From contig CAWHDZ010000015.1 of the NCBI GenBank assembly GCA_963828255.1, forward strand, positions 96,001-160,000: a DNA stretch of 64,000 bases, in the 5' to 3' direction. Made by a program: the position numbers and the translations under genes. The notes under the pieces were generated by a model. That model ran no database searches and had not been told where the DNA came from. It worked only from the letters and a program-made list of their open reading frames with translations. This stretch comes from an uncultured delta proteobacterium (GTDB taxonomy: Bacteria; Myxococcota; Myxococcia; Myxococcales; Anaeromyxobacteraceae). Below, in pieces: positions 1-10,207 of the stretch. Positions within the stretch are counted from its first letter, which is position 1. Each line of letters begins with the position of its first letter.

Positions 1-668
1 CGGTGCTGGCCGACCAGGAACTGGCCCTCTCCAGCGTCCAGGATCTCCTGGAACGGGTCGGTGGCGAGGAGCCGCTCGACCGCCCGGCCGAGGCCCAGCG
101 CATCGAGGGCGTCGTCGAGGCGCTCGGGGATGCAGTCGAGGGGGCCCGCCGCATCGGCCGGGTGGTGAGGGAACTCACCATCTTCGCGCGGCCGAGCCAG
201 GAGAAGAAGCGCGAGCGGCTGGCGGAGATCGTCGCCAAGGCGATGAACTGGGTCCCATCCACCGTCCACAAGGTGGCCCGGGTCCACGTGGAGGACGGCG
301 GCGCACCCGACGTCATGGCTTCCTTCGGCCAGATCGAGCAGGTCGTGGTGAACCTGGTCACGAACGCCTCCAAGGCGTGCAAGCCGAGGACGCCGGGCAC
401 CATCATCGTCCGGTTCGGCCCCGGTGGTCCCGGGATGGCCCGGCTCGACGTCATCGACCAAGGGACGGGGATCGAGCCGGCGATCCTGGGGCGGCTCTTC
501 GACCCCTTCTTCACGACCGCCGAGGTCGGGAAGGGAATGGGACTGGGTCTCGCGGTCTGCAACTCCATCGTGACGTCCCACGGGGGAACGCTGACGGTCG
601 AGAGCGAGCTGGGGCGGGGCTCGACCTTCCGCATCGAGCTGCCCGTCGCCAGGGGCACCGGGGGGTGA
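1..668 (+). CDS. Sensor histidine kinase, C-terminal HATPase_c region (5' end outside window)
   Basis: N-box EQVVVNLVTNA, G1 DQGTGI, F-box FDPFFTT, G2 GMGLGL. Confidence 0.9.
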   Translation, partial: VLADQELALSSVQDLLERVGGEEPLDRPAEAQRIEGVVEALGDAVEGARRIGRVVRELTIFARPSQEKKRERLAEIVAKAMNWVPSTVHKVARVHVEDGGAPDVMASFGQIEQVVVNLVTNASKACKPRTPGTIIVRFGPGGPGMARLDVIDQGTGIEPAILGRLFDPFFTTAEVGKGMGLGLAVCNSIVTSHGGTLTVESELGRGSTFRIELPVARGTGG

Positions 669-720
669 GCTTCACGGGTTCCGCGTTGCCTTCCGGCGCT
701 GGCGAGGGTAACTCTCCGGA

Positions 721-2001
721 ATGACCGACGAAGTCCACCTCGACTCCAACGTTCCCGGGAACCCCGCCTACCACTTCACCATCGTCCCCGCCGGCACGCC
801 CGGCCGGGTGGGGTGGGCGCAGCGCGCGCCGCTCGTGCCCGGGGCCGGCCTGGCCACCAGGTGCGTCCACGCCGGCGTCCAGCCCGACCCGGCCTACGGG
901 GCGGTCATGCCGCCCATCTACCAGAGCTCGACCTTCGCCTTCCGCGACGTCTGCGTGAACGCCGGGTACGACTACACGAGGAGCGGAAACCCCACCCGGG
1001 CCGCGCTGGAGGAGGCCATCGCCGTCCTCGAGGGGGGCATGGGCGCCACCTGCACCAGCACCGGCATGAGCGCGGTGATCGTGGCCCTCAACCTGCTCCC
1101 CACCGGCAGCCACCTGCTCTGCACGGTGGACTGCTACGGCGGGACCTTCCGGGCCCTCGAGCACGCCAGGACGGCCTACGGGCTTCAAGTCACCTACCTC
1201 GACCTGGCCGACCTGCGCGCCGTCGCCGCCGCCTTCCGCCCCAACACCCGGATGGTCTGGATCGAGACCCCGTCCAATCCGTTGCTCCGGCTCACCGACA
1301 TCCGCGCGGTGGCGGCGATCGCCAGGGCTGGCGGTGCGCTCACCGTGGTGGACAACACCTTCCTCTCCCCCGTCCAGCAGCGCCCCTTCGGCCTGGGCGC
1401 CGACCTGGTGGTCCACTCAACCACCAAGTACCTGAACGGCCACAGCGACGTGGTGGGTGGCGCGGTGGTCTCGGCCCCCGGGCAGCTCGCCCTCCTCCAG
1501 CGCATCCAGAGCATGAACAACCTGCTGGGGACGTCGCAGAGCCCCCACGACGCCTTCCTGGTGCTCCGCGGCCTGAAGACGCTGCTCTTGCGGATGAAGG
1601 CCCACGAGGCCGGCGCGCAGGTCGTGGCGCGCTGGCTTGCCGCCCACCCGGCGGTTGCGAAGGTGCACTACCCGGGGCTGACCTCCCACCCCCAGCACGA
1701 GCTCGCGAAGGCGCAGCAGGACGGCTTCGGAGGCATGCTGAGCTTCGAGCTCCACGACGGCCGCCGGGACCGCGTCGACCACGTGCTCCGCGCGCTGCGC
1801 TGGTTCACCCTGGCCGAGAGCCTGGGCGGGGTGGAGAGCCTGGTGGCCCATCCGGCCTCGATGACCCACGCGTCGATGACCCCGGAAGCCCGGCTGCGTG
1901 CCGGGATCACCGACGGCGTCATCCGGCTCTCCATCGGCATCGAGGACCCCAGGGACCTCGTCGCCGATCTGGACCAGGCGCTCTCCACCCTGCCGGCCTG
2001 A
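721..2001 (+). CDS. metB: PLP-dependent transsulfuration enzyme (cystathionine gamma-synthase/lyase)
   Basis: PPIYQSSTF, YTRSGNPTR, ETPSNP, DNTF, HSTTKYLNGHSD (PLP Lys), AESLGGVESL, RLSIGIED. Confidence 0.88.
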   Translation: MTDEVHLDSNVPGNPAYHFTIVPAGTPGRVGWAQRAPLVPGAGLATRCVHAGVQPDPAYGAVMPPIYQSSTFAFRDVCVNAGYDYTRSGNPTRAALEEAIAVLEGGMGATCTSTGMSAVIVALNLLPTGSHLLCTVDCYGGTFRALEHARTAYGLQVTYLDLADLRAVAAAFRPNTRMVWIETPSNPLLRLTDIRAVAAIARAGGALTVVDNTFLSPVQQRPFGLGADLVVHSTTKYLNGHSDVVGGAVVSAPGQLALLQRIQSMNNLLGTSQSPHDAFLVLRGLKTLLLRMKAHEAGAQVVARWLAAHPAVAKVHYPGLTSHPQHELAKAQQDGFGGMLSFELHDGRRDRVDHVLRALRWFTLAESLGGVESLVAHPASMTHASMTPEARLRAGITDGVIRLSIGIEDPRDLVADLDQALSTLPA

Positions 2002-2012
2002 TCGGAGACACC

Positions 2013-3020
2013 TTGCGCGAGGCCTTCACCTTCGACGACGTCCTGCTCGTCCCTGCCTACAACCACTACGAGTCACGGCAGCACGTGGAGCTGTCGGTCA
2101 CCGACCGCTCCGGGAAGCTCTCGCTGCAGCTCCCGGTGATGACCGCCAACATGGACACCATCACCGGGTCGGCCATGGCGAACTTCATCGGCGGGAAGGG
2201 CGGCATCGGCGTCCTCCACCGGATGATGTCGATCGACCGGAACGTGGCCGAGTTCCGGCGGTGCCGCAATACCGTCTTCGTGTCGGTGGGCTGCGCCGAC
2301 GAGGAACTGGAGCGCGCCGAGGCCCTGCGGGACGCCGGGGCCACCCACTTCGTCGTGGACGTTGCCCACGGCCACGCCCGCTACGTGGGGAAGACCCTGA
2401 AGAACCTCCGGCAGCTCCTTCCGGACGCCTGCCTCATGGCGGGCAACGTGGCCACCTACGCCGGAGCCGACTACCTGGCCTCCGTGGGGGCCGACATCGT
2501 GAAGGTGGGCATCGGCCCGGGGAGCGTCTGCACGACGCGCATCAAGACCGGCCACGGGGTTCCCCAGCTCACCGCCATCCAGGATTGCGCACGCTGCGAC
2601 CGCTCCATCGTGGCCGACGGCGGCATCCGCCACCCCGGCGACATCGTGAAGGCCCTGGCCTTCGGCGCCGACTTCGTGATGATCGGCGGGATGCTGGCCG
2701 GGACGCGCCCCACCCCCGGCAAGAAGGTGAAGGACCGCAAGGGCGGGTGGGTGAAGGCCTACCGCGGAATGGCCAGCCGCGAGGTGGCCGACGAGCACCA
2801 CGGCGGGATCGCCGAGTGGAAGACCGCGGAGGGGGTCTCGGTCACCGTGCCGTACCGGGACGACGAGGAGGCCATCGTCGCCGACCTGGTGGGCGGCCTG
2901 CGGTCCGGCCTCACCTACGCCGGGAGCCGCACCATCCGCGAGCTGCAGCGGAAGCTCAACTACGTGGTCATCACGCCGAGCGGGTGGCAGGAGGGGACGC
3001 CTCATAAGGCGTCGCGGTAG
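2013..3020 (+). CDS. guaC: IMPDH/GMP reductase family enzyme without CBS domains, probably GMP reductase
   Basis: TTG start at 2013 with GGAG at 2004-2007; TFDDVLLVP, ANMDT, DVAHGH, KVGIGPGSVCTTR, ADGGI, YRGMAS. Confidence 0.75.
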   Translation: MREAFTFDDVLLVPAYNHYESRQHVELSVTDRSGKLSLQLPVMTANMDTITGSAMANFIGGKGGIGVLHRMMSIDRNVAEFRRCRNTVFVSVGCADEELERAEALRDAGATHFVVDVAHGHARYVGKTLKNLRQLLPDACLMAGNVATYAGADYLASVGADIVKVGIGPGSVCTTRIKTGHGVPQLTAIQDCARCDRSIVADGGIRHPGDIVKALAFGADFVMIGGMLAGTRPTPGKKVKDRKGGWVKAYRGMASREVADEHHGGIAEWKTAEGVSVTVPYRDDEEAIVADLVGGLRSGLTYAGSRTIRELQRKLNYVVITPSGWQEGTPHKASR

Positions 3021-6000
3021 CCGCGCGGGCCTTCTTTCCGTGGTCCCGGGCGATGAGCAGGTAGATCGACGGCACGAAGAAGATGGTGAAGGCGGTGCCG
3101 ACGGCCATGCCGGCCACCAGCACGAGGCCGATGCTGTTTCGGGCCGCGGCGCCCGGGCCGGAGACGAATGTGAGCGGAAGGTGGCCGAAGATGGTGGCGG
3201 CGCTCGTCATGAGGATGGGGCGGAGCCGGACCACCGAGGCGTTCTTCACCGCCTCGATCTTGGACTGCCCCTCGCGCTGCAGCTCGTTGGCGAACTGCAC
3301 GATGAGGATTCCGTTCTTGGCGACGAGCCCCACCAGGGTGACGAGCCCGACCTGCGAGTAGACGTTGAGCGTGGTCGTCCACCCGTCGGTCCAGAAGCGC
3401 ATGTTGGGGTTTGGCATCTTGAGGAAGGTGAGCGCCAGCGAGCCGAACATGGCGAGCGGCACGGACCCCATGAGGATGACGAAGGGGTCCCGGAAGCTGT
3501 TGAACTGAGCGGCCAGGATCAGGAAGATGAGCAGGATGGAGAGCAGGAAGGCCGGTCCGAACTTGTTGCCTTCCACGCGCAGCTGCCGCGACTCACCGGT
3601 GTAGTCCACCACGTAGCCCTTGGGCAGGATGCCCGCGGCCGCGTCCTCCAGGAACCGGAGCGACTCGTCGAGGGGGCGAATGGCCACGCCGGAGATCTTC
3701 ACCGCGTTGAGCTGCTGGAAGCGGTTGAGCGACCGCGGCGCCACCGAGTTCTTGATGGTCGCGATGGAAGACAGCGCCACGAGCTGGCCGTCCGGCCCGG
3801 TGACGTAGATGTCCTTGAGCTGCTCGGGGTTGAGCCGGTCGGCACGGGACACCTGCGGGATCACCTTGTAGCTGCGCCCGTCCACGCTGAAGCGGTTCAC
3901 GAAGTTGCCGCCAATGGCCGCCGAGAGGTCCTGGCCGACGGTCTGGAGGTTCAGTCCCAGCTGGGCGACCTTCTCGCGGTCGAAGACCACCTCCGACTCG
4001 GGCTGGTCCACCTTCACGTCGATGAGGGGTGGGAAGGCGAACATGCCGCTCTTCGCCGCCTTCTCTTGCAGTTGCCGGGCGAGGCCGAGGATCTCCTCTG
4101 TGTCGGCGGTGGAGGCGATGACGAACTCGACCGGGAAGTTCCCTCCGCCCGGCAGGGCGGGGGAAGGATCGGGAAGGTCTGGATGCCCGGGATGGCCGAC
4201 ACCTTCTGCTGGACCTCGCCGAGGATCTCGCCGGCGCTCCGCTTTCGCTCCTTCCAGGGCTTGAGCCCGTCGCCCCAGAACCCTCCGGAGGGGAACGTGA
4301 TCTGGAAGGTGAACTGCGTCTCCGGGATGCCCATCAGCACCCGGTTCACCTCGCGGGTGGACTGGGCCACCTGGTCGAGGGTGGAGTTGGCGGGCGTGTT
4401 CACGATGCCGAAGATGACCCCCTGGTCCTCCACCGGCGCCAGCTCGCGGGGCGACTGGAAGAACATGGCGGCCGCGAGCAGCGAGACCACCACCCAGGAG
4501 GCGTAGATGATGCCGCGGGCCTGGAACGACGCCTCCAGGTGACGGGCGTAGGTGTTCTTGATCCGCTCGAAGGTGCGGTTGATGAGGCCGGAGAGCCCCT
4601 CGTTCTCGTGGCTGGCCGTGAGGAGACGGGCCGACATCATGGGGGAGAGGGTGAGGGCCACGACCCCCGAGATGAAGACCGCGCCGGCCAGGGTGAGGGC
4701 GAACTCGCGGAAGAGGGAGCCGGTGAGGCCGCCCTGGAAGGCGATGGGAGCGTAGACGGCCGCCAGCGTGATGGTCATGGAGATGATGGGGCCGATGAGC
4801 TCTCGGGCCCCCACCAGCGCGGCGTCGAAGGGCTTCTTCCCCTCGCGCACGTGCCGTTCCACGTTCTCCACCACCACGATGGCGTCGTCCACGACGAGCC
4901 CCACCGAGAGCACGACCGCGAGCAGGGTGAGCAGGTTGATGGTGAAGCCGAAGAGCTGCATGAGGAAGACTGCGCCGATGAGCGACACCGGGATGGCCAC
5001 CACCGGCACCAGCACCGACCGCAGCGAGCCCAGGAAGAGGAAGATCACCACCACAACGATGAGGATGGTCTCGAGCAGGGTCTGGACCACCTCGTCGATG
5101 GCGTTCTGGATGTAGGCGGTGCCGTCGTAGGCGATGGTGGCCTTGATCTGCTCGGGGATCTCCCGCTGGATCTCCACCATCTCGGTGCGGACCCGCTTGA
5201 TCACGTCGAGGGAGTTGGCGTTGGGCAGGGCCCAGATGCCCACGAAGACCGCGGTGTCGCCGCTGAAGTTCACCATCACGTCGTAGTCCTCGGCGCCGAG
5301 CACCACGTCGCCCACGTCGCCGAGCCGGACCACCGACCCGTCCTTCTCCCGGATCACGAGCTGCTGGAACTCCTTCACCGAGCGCAGGTCGGTGTTGGCG
5401 GTGAGGTTCACCTGGACGAGCGAGCCCTTGGTCTGGCCCAGCGCCGACAGGTAGTTGTTGGCGGCGAGCGCCTGGCGCACCTGGGCCGGGCTCACGTTGA
5501 GGGCGGCCATCTTGTCGGGCTTCAACCAGATGCGCATGGCGAAGGTGCGGGCGCCCAGGATGTCGGCGCGCTGCACGCCCTCCACCGCGGAGAGGCGGGG
5601 TTGCACCACCCGGACCAGGTAGTCGGTGATCTCGTTCTGCTTCAGGAACTGGGAGGAGAAGCTCAGGTAGGCCGAGGCGAACTGGCTGTCGGACGACTCG
5701 ATGTTGATGACCGGGATCTCGGCCGAGGGCGGGAGGTCGCCGCGGACCTGGTTCACCTTGGAGGCGATCTCGGAGAGGGCTCGGTTGGCGTCGTAGTTGA
5801 GGCGCAGGCGGGCCCGGATGATCGAAACGTTCTGCTTGCTCTCCGACTCGATGTAGTCGATGCCGTCGGCGGCGGCGATGGCCCGCTCGAGCGGCGTGGT
5901 GATGAAGCCGCGGACGAGGGCGGCGTTCGCACCCACGTAGACCGTGGTGATGGTGACCGCGGCGTTCTCGCTGCGGGGGTACTGGCGGACGTTCAGGCTG

Positions 6001-6089
6001 CGGATGGCCTGGACGCCGGCGATCACGATGATCAGATTGACGACGATCGCGATGACCGGACGGCGGATGAAGAGGTCGGTGAACTTCAT
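2971..6089 (-). CDS. RND efflux permease (AcrB/MexW-like), split by a 1-nt frameshift in the G5 run at 4159-4163
   Basis: MKFTDLFIRRPV, GLVVDDAIVVVEN, GLVAKNGILIV, RLRPILMT; adding one base to the run gives continuous ...FPILPPALPGGGNFPVEFV... Confidence 0.9.
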
Positions 6090-6110
6090 GGCGGGTGCCC
6101 TCGGGCCGGT

Positions 6111-7247
6111 CTAGTTGTCTGCCGGCTTGGGGTCGGCCTGGATGTCGGGAGCCAGGTCGTTGCGCACCATGACCGCGGCCCCGCCGCGCAGCTTGAAGGC
6201 GCCGCTCGAGACCACCGTCTCGCCTGCCTTCAAGCCCGTCTCGACCGCCACCAGGTCGCCGCGCCGCTCGCCCAGCCGGACGAAGCGCTGCTGGGCCACG
6301 AGCTGGTCCTTGCCGTCGGGCCCCTTCTTCTGCTCGAGCACGAAGACCGAGTCGCCGTAGGGGGCGTAGATGGCCGCCGTGGCCGGGATGAGCAGCACCG
6401 GGACGAGCTCGGGAGAGAGCACCTCGACGTTGGTGAACATGCCGGGGCGCAGCCGTCCGTCGTCGTTGGGAACCGTGGCCCGCACCTTCACGTTGCGGGT
6501 GGCCACGTCCACCTCGGTGTTGATGGTGCTCACCTTCCCGTTCCAGGTGGCGCCCGGGAAGGTGTCGGTGTGGACGTGGACCGGCTGGCCGACCTTGAGC
6601 CGCGCCAGGGCCTGCTGGGGGAGCGAGAACTCCACGTAGATGGGGGTCACCGACTGGAGCGAGGCCACCGGAGCGCCGGCGCCGAGGACCTGCCCCAGCT
6701 CGACCTGCCGGATGGCGATGCGGCCATCGAAGGGGGCTCGGATCGACTTCTTGTCGATGCTGGCCTTGATGGTATTCACCGCCGCCTGGGCCTGCTTGTA
6801 GCGGGCCTCGGCAGCGTCGAGGTCGGCGGGGGTGTTTGCCTGGCCCTTGCGAACCTCGACGGCCCGTTCGTAGTTGAGCCGGGCCAGGTTCTCGTCGGCC
6901 TTCGCCGCCGCGAGCTGCGCCTCCTCGGTGGAGGTGTCGAGCCGTACCAGGACCGCGCCCTTGCGAACGAAGGTGCCGGAGTCGAACGAGACCTCCCGGA
7001 TGGCCCCCGGGAGCTCGGAGCCCACCGTGACGCCGCGGAAGGCCACCAGGGTCCCGCTGGCCGCCTGGAGGGGCTGCCACTTCGCCGACTCGACCTGGGC
7101 CGAGGTCACCGCCTCGGGGGGAGGGACGAAGGACTTCCCGGCGCTGATCATCGAGCCGATCTGGAGCGCCTTCACGCCGACCAGCGCGGCCACCACCGCC
7201 ACGAGGAGGAAGGCGACGCCAATCCAGAGCTTGGTCCTGGTTTTCAT
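6111..7247 (-). CDS. RND efflux periplasmic adaptor (membrane fusion protein)
   Basis: N-terminal TM, IRAPFDG, ATRNVKVRA, LRPGMF, GLKAGETVV; directly upstream of the permease. Confidence 0.92.
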   Translation of the reverse strand: MKTRTKLWIGVAFLLVAVVAALVGVKALQIGSMISAGKSFVPPPEAVTSAQVESAKWQPLQAASGTLVAFRGVTVGSELPGAIREVSFDSGTFVRKGAVLVRLDTSTEEAQLAAAKADENLARLNYERAVEVRKGQANTPADLDAAEARYKQAQAAVNTIKASIDKKSIRAPFDGRIAIRQVELGQVLGAGAPVASLQSVTPIYVEFSLPQQALARLKVGQPVHVHTDTFPGATWNGKVSTINTEVDVATRNVKVRATVPNDDGRLRPGMFTNVEVLSPELVPVLLIPATAAIYAPYGDSVFVLEQKKGPDGKDQLVAQQRFVRLGERRGDLVAVETGLKAGETVVSSGAFKLRGGAAVMVRNDLAPDIQADPKPADN

Positions 7248-7321
7248 GACCGTCCCCTTTAGCGTTTGACGCCCTGCGCCGCAGCGAAAAGGGGGGGGTG
7301 GCGAGGCGGGCCGGAAACTTC

Positions 7322-7333
7322 AAGCGATCGCTT
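7322..7333. promoter_or_regulatory. Perfect 12-bp palindrome AAGCGATCGCTT upstream of the RND operon, candidate operator
   Basis: Self-complementary; overlaps a minus-strand TTGAAG (7318-7323) in the intergenic region. Confidence 0.35.
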
Positions 7334-7369
7334 ACGCGGCGCCACTCCCCCGGAGCGCCCGGGCTGGAT

Positions 7370-9055
7370 TCACCTCGCCAGCTCGGCCTCCGCCCAGGCG
7401 CGGTCATCGGGGCTCTTCGCCACGCGCCGCAGCTTCTCCAGATACGTGCGCGCCTCCGCCTTGCGCCCGGTGGCCCCCAGGTAGACCGACAGGTTGAGGA
7501 GTGCGTCGGCGTCGTCCGGGGCCAGGGCGACGGCCTGGCGCAGCTCGACCTCGGCGCCGCGCGGGTCGCCGGCCAGGTAGAGCACCACGCCGAGCTGGAC
7601 GCGGGCCGCCACCGAGCGCGGGTCGAGCTCGACGCCGCGACGGAAGACGACGGCCGCCTCGGCGAAGCGGCGCTGCTTGGTGAGGGCCGCACCCCAGTTG
7701 AAGACCGGACGGTAGTGGCCCGGCGACTTCGCGGCGGCATCGCTCCAGAGCGCCACCTCGTCCCTCCAGGCCGGATTGCGGTTCCAGGTGACGATGCCGA
7801 GGACAGAGGCAAGGATGGCGCCGGCGACGGCGGTGTCGCGGGCGACGTGGCGGGCGTCGAGCCGCAGGAAGAGAAGGGCGAGGAGCGTCGCCGCCGCGGG
7901 GAGAAGCCCCGCCGACGGGAGGTAGACCCGGTGCTCGTTCATCACGTCGGCGATGGGGATGACGCTCGACTCCACGGACAGGGTGACGAAGAACCAGGCG
8001 ATCCCCAGCCCCACCAGCCGGACCGACGGGTCGAGGGCCGGCCTTCCGCCCCGGGGGCGGCAGCGCCAGAAGAGCCACGCCGCAAGGGCCCCGAGCGCGC
8101 CCAGGAGGAGGACGGAACCGGCCACGTCGAGCGTCCGCCAGGAGCGCCGGATGGCCACCAGGTGGTCCACCGTCTGGCCGTACGGCAGGACGAGCAGCCG
8201 GAGGTAGGACACCACCACCACCGCCTGGGTGCGCAGGTAGTCGAGCCGCCCGGCCGGCGCGATGACGCGGGTGGAGGCGTCCGCCGAGGCCAGCATCCCG
8301 GAGGGGGAGGCGCTCAGGTCCACGAGGGAGAGGGGGATGAGGAGCGCGATCGCCGCCGCCGGCAGGATGGGAAGCCAGCGCCTCCGGCCGCCGGTGAAGA
8401 GGGCCCACTCCACCAGCGCGAGCGAGATCGGGAGGGTGAAGGAGATCTCCTTCGTGCGCGTGGCGAGCAGGGAGGCGAGGAGCATTCCGGCGTAGGCGAG
8501 CCATCGCCCGGGCTTCCCCTCGCGAAGGCGCCAGACCAGGTAGAGGACCGTCGCCCCCAGGTAGAAGAGGGTGGCGAGCGAGGTGATGCGCTGGACCACG
8601 TAGCTCACCGCCTGGGTGGCGAGCGGGTGGGCGACGAAGAGGGCCGCGGCCGCGAAGGCGACCGCCGGGGCCGAGGGCGCGAGCGCCGAATCGCGCATCC
8701 GCGGGGTCCGGAAGGCAAGGACGACGAGGGCCTGGACGAGCAGCGCGTTGCAGAGGTGGATGGCCAGGTTGACGACGTGCCAGCCGAACGGCTCGTAGCC
8801 GCCCAGGGCGTGGTTCAGCGCGAAGGTGAGGTAGGCCACGAATCGGTTCGGGAGCACCCGGTGGATGGACGAACCGAGGAAGGCGCCGAGGTCCCGGATG
8901 GCCCCGTTCTCGACCAGCTGCTCCAGGTCGTCGAAGACGAACTGGCCGTGAAGGGAGTTCGAGTAGGCGAGGATCCCGAGCGCGACCACGGCCAGCGAGG
9001 GCAGCGCCGCGAGCGCGGCAGCCGCTGGGGAACGGGCCTTCCGGGGGCGCGACAT
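7370..9055 (-). CDS. TMTC-like membrane glycosyltransferase (GT-C) with C-terminal TPR repeats
   Basis: YSNSLHGQFVFDD, HPLATQAVSYVVQR, KE, EHRVYLPS, RNPAWRDEVALWSD followed by TPRs. Confidence 0.75.
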   Translation of the reverse strand: MSRPRKARSPAAAALAALPSLAVVALGILAYSNSLHGQFVFDDLEQLVENGAIRDLGAFLGSSIHRVLPNRFVAYLTFALNHALGGYEPFGWHVVNLAIHLCNALLVQALVVLAFRTPRMRDSALAPSAPAVAFAAAALFVAHPLATQAVSYVVQRITSLATLFYLGATVLYLVWRLREGKPGRWLAYAGMLLASLLATRTKEISFTLPISLALVEWALFTGGRRRWLPILPAAAIALLIPLSLVDLSASPSGMLASADASTRVIAPAGRLDYLRTQAVVVVSYLRLLVLPYGQTVDHLVAIRRSWRTLDVAGSVLLLGALGALAAWLFWRCRPRGGRPALDPSVRLVGLGIAWFFVTLSVESSVIPIADVMNEHRVYLPSAGLLPAAATLLALLFLRLDARHVARDTAVAGAILASVLGIVTWNRNPAWRDEVALWSDAAAKSPGHYRPVFNWGAALTKQRRFAEAAVVFRRGVELDPRSVAARVQLGVVLYLAGDPRGAEVELRQAVALAPDDADALLNLSVYLGATGRKAEARTYLEKLRRVAKSPDDRAWAEAELAR

Positions 9056-9196
9056 GGGCGCCGAAGATACCAGATCGTCCGGGCTATCCCAGGCGGCCGA
9101 CGTGCAGGCGACGGCGCGAAGCCTTGCCGACCCAGGGGTCGCAGCGCGGACCCCCGCAAGAGGGAAGCGATCCCGCTTCGGGTATCATGCGCCGCA

Positions 9197-10183
9197 ATGA
9201 AGGTGGTCCTCGTCAACGTCCACGGGACGATCCCGGCCCTGCGCTACGGGGGCGTCGAGCGGGTCATGTGGTGGCTGGGGAAGGAGCTCTCCACCCGGGG
9301 TCACGAGGTCACCTACCTCGTCCGCGGTGGATCCTGCCCCTTCGCCCGCGTGATCCGGCACGACCCGCGCCTTCCGCTCGAGCCGCAGATCCCCTCCGAC
9401 GCCGACGTGGTCCACGTCCAGCACGTGCTCCCGGACGGGGAGTCGATCGCCCGCCCGCGGCTCATCACGCTGCACGGGCCGGGTTCGCGGGAGGTGGAGC
9501 TGGACCGGGACACCGTGTTCGTCTCCCGGGACCACGCGGCCCGCTTCGGGTCCACGCGCTTCGTCCACAACGGGATCGACTGGGACGGGTACGGACCGCC
9601 GTCGCTCGACGCCCCCCGCTCGTGGGTGCACTTCCTGGGGGACGGGGCCTGGAAGGTGAAGAACCTCCGGGGCGCCATCCGCGTGGCGGGGCTGGCCGGC
9701 GAGGAGCTCCGGGTGGCGGGCGGGTTCCGGCTCAACTTCCGGATGGGGTTTCGCCTCACCTTGTCACCGAGAGTGAAATTTCACGGCTGGGTGGGGGAGG
9801 AGGAGAAGCGGCGCATCCTCTCCGGCTCGAAGGGCCTTCTCTTCCCGGTCCGCTGGCGGGAGCCCTTCGGCCTTGCCATCGTGGAGAGCCTCTACTTCGG
9901 CTGCCCCGTCTTCGGGACGCCCTACGGGTCGCTGCCCGAGCTGGTCCCTCCCGGCGTGGGGTTCCTCTCGGCCGACGCCGGAGAGCTGGCCGAGGCCGTC
10001 CGCGGCGCGGCGCGCTTCGACCGGAGACTGTGCCACGAGCACGCCGTGTCGGGCTTCGGGGTGGGGAGCATGACCGACCGGTACCTGGAGGCCTACGAGC
10101 GGGTGCGATCGGGGGAGCACCTGCACGCCGCGCCCCCGCGGCGGACCCAGCCGCCGGACCAGGGGCTCCTGCCCTTCGGATGA
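9197..10183 (+). CDS. Glycosyltransferase family 4 (GT-B)
   Basis: PALRYGGVERV, HNGID, EPFGLAIVES (E-x7-E); ATG at 9197. Confidence 0.88.
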   Translation: MKVVLVNVHGTIPALRYGGVERVMWWLGKELSTRGHEVTYLVRGGSCPFARVIRHDPRLPLEPQIPSDADVVHVQHVLPDGESIARPRLITLHGPGSREVELDRDTVFVSRDHAARFGSTRFVHNGIDWDGYGPPSLDAPRSWVHFLGDGAWKVKNLRGAIRVAGLAGEELRVAGGFRLNFRMGFRLTLSPRVKFHGWVGEEEKRRILSGSKGLLFPVRWREPFGLAIVESLYFGCPVFGTPYGSLPELVPPGVGFLSADAGELAEAVRGAARFDRRLCHEHAVSGFGVGSMTDRYLEAYERVRSGEHLHAAPPRRTQPPDQGLLPFG

Positions 10184-10207
10184 GGGCGGCCGAAGGCCGG
10201 TCGCGCC

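Noticed and set aside
813..3020. 735-aa ORF as a single protein
   Set aside because: N-terminal part is an off-frame shadow of metB; the real gene starts at TTG 2013 behind GGAG
2971..7812. 1613-aa ORF suggesting a giant fusion
   Set aside because: Only the last ~395 aa are real (RND C-terminus after the frameshift); the rest is off-frame
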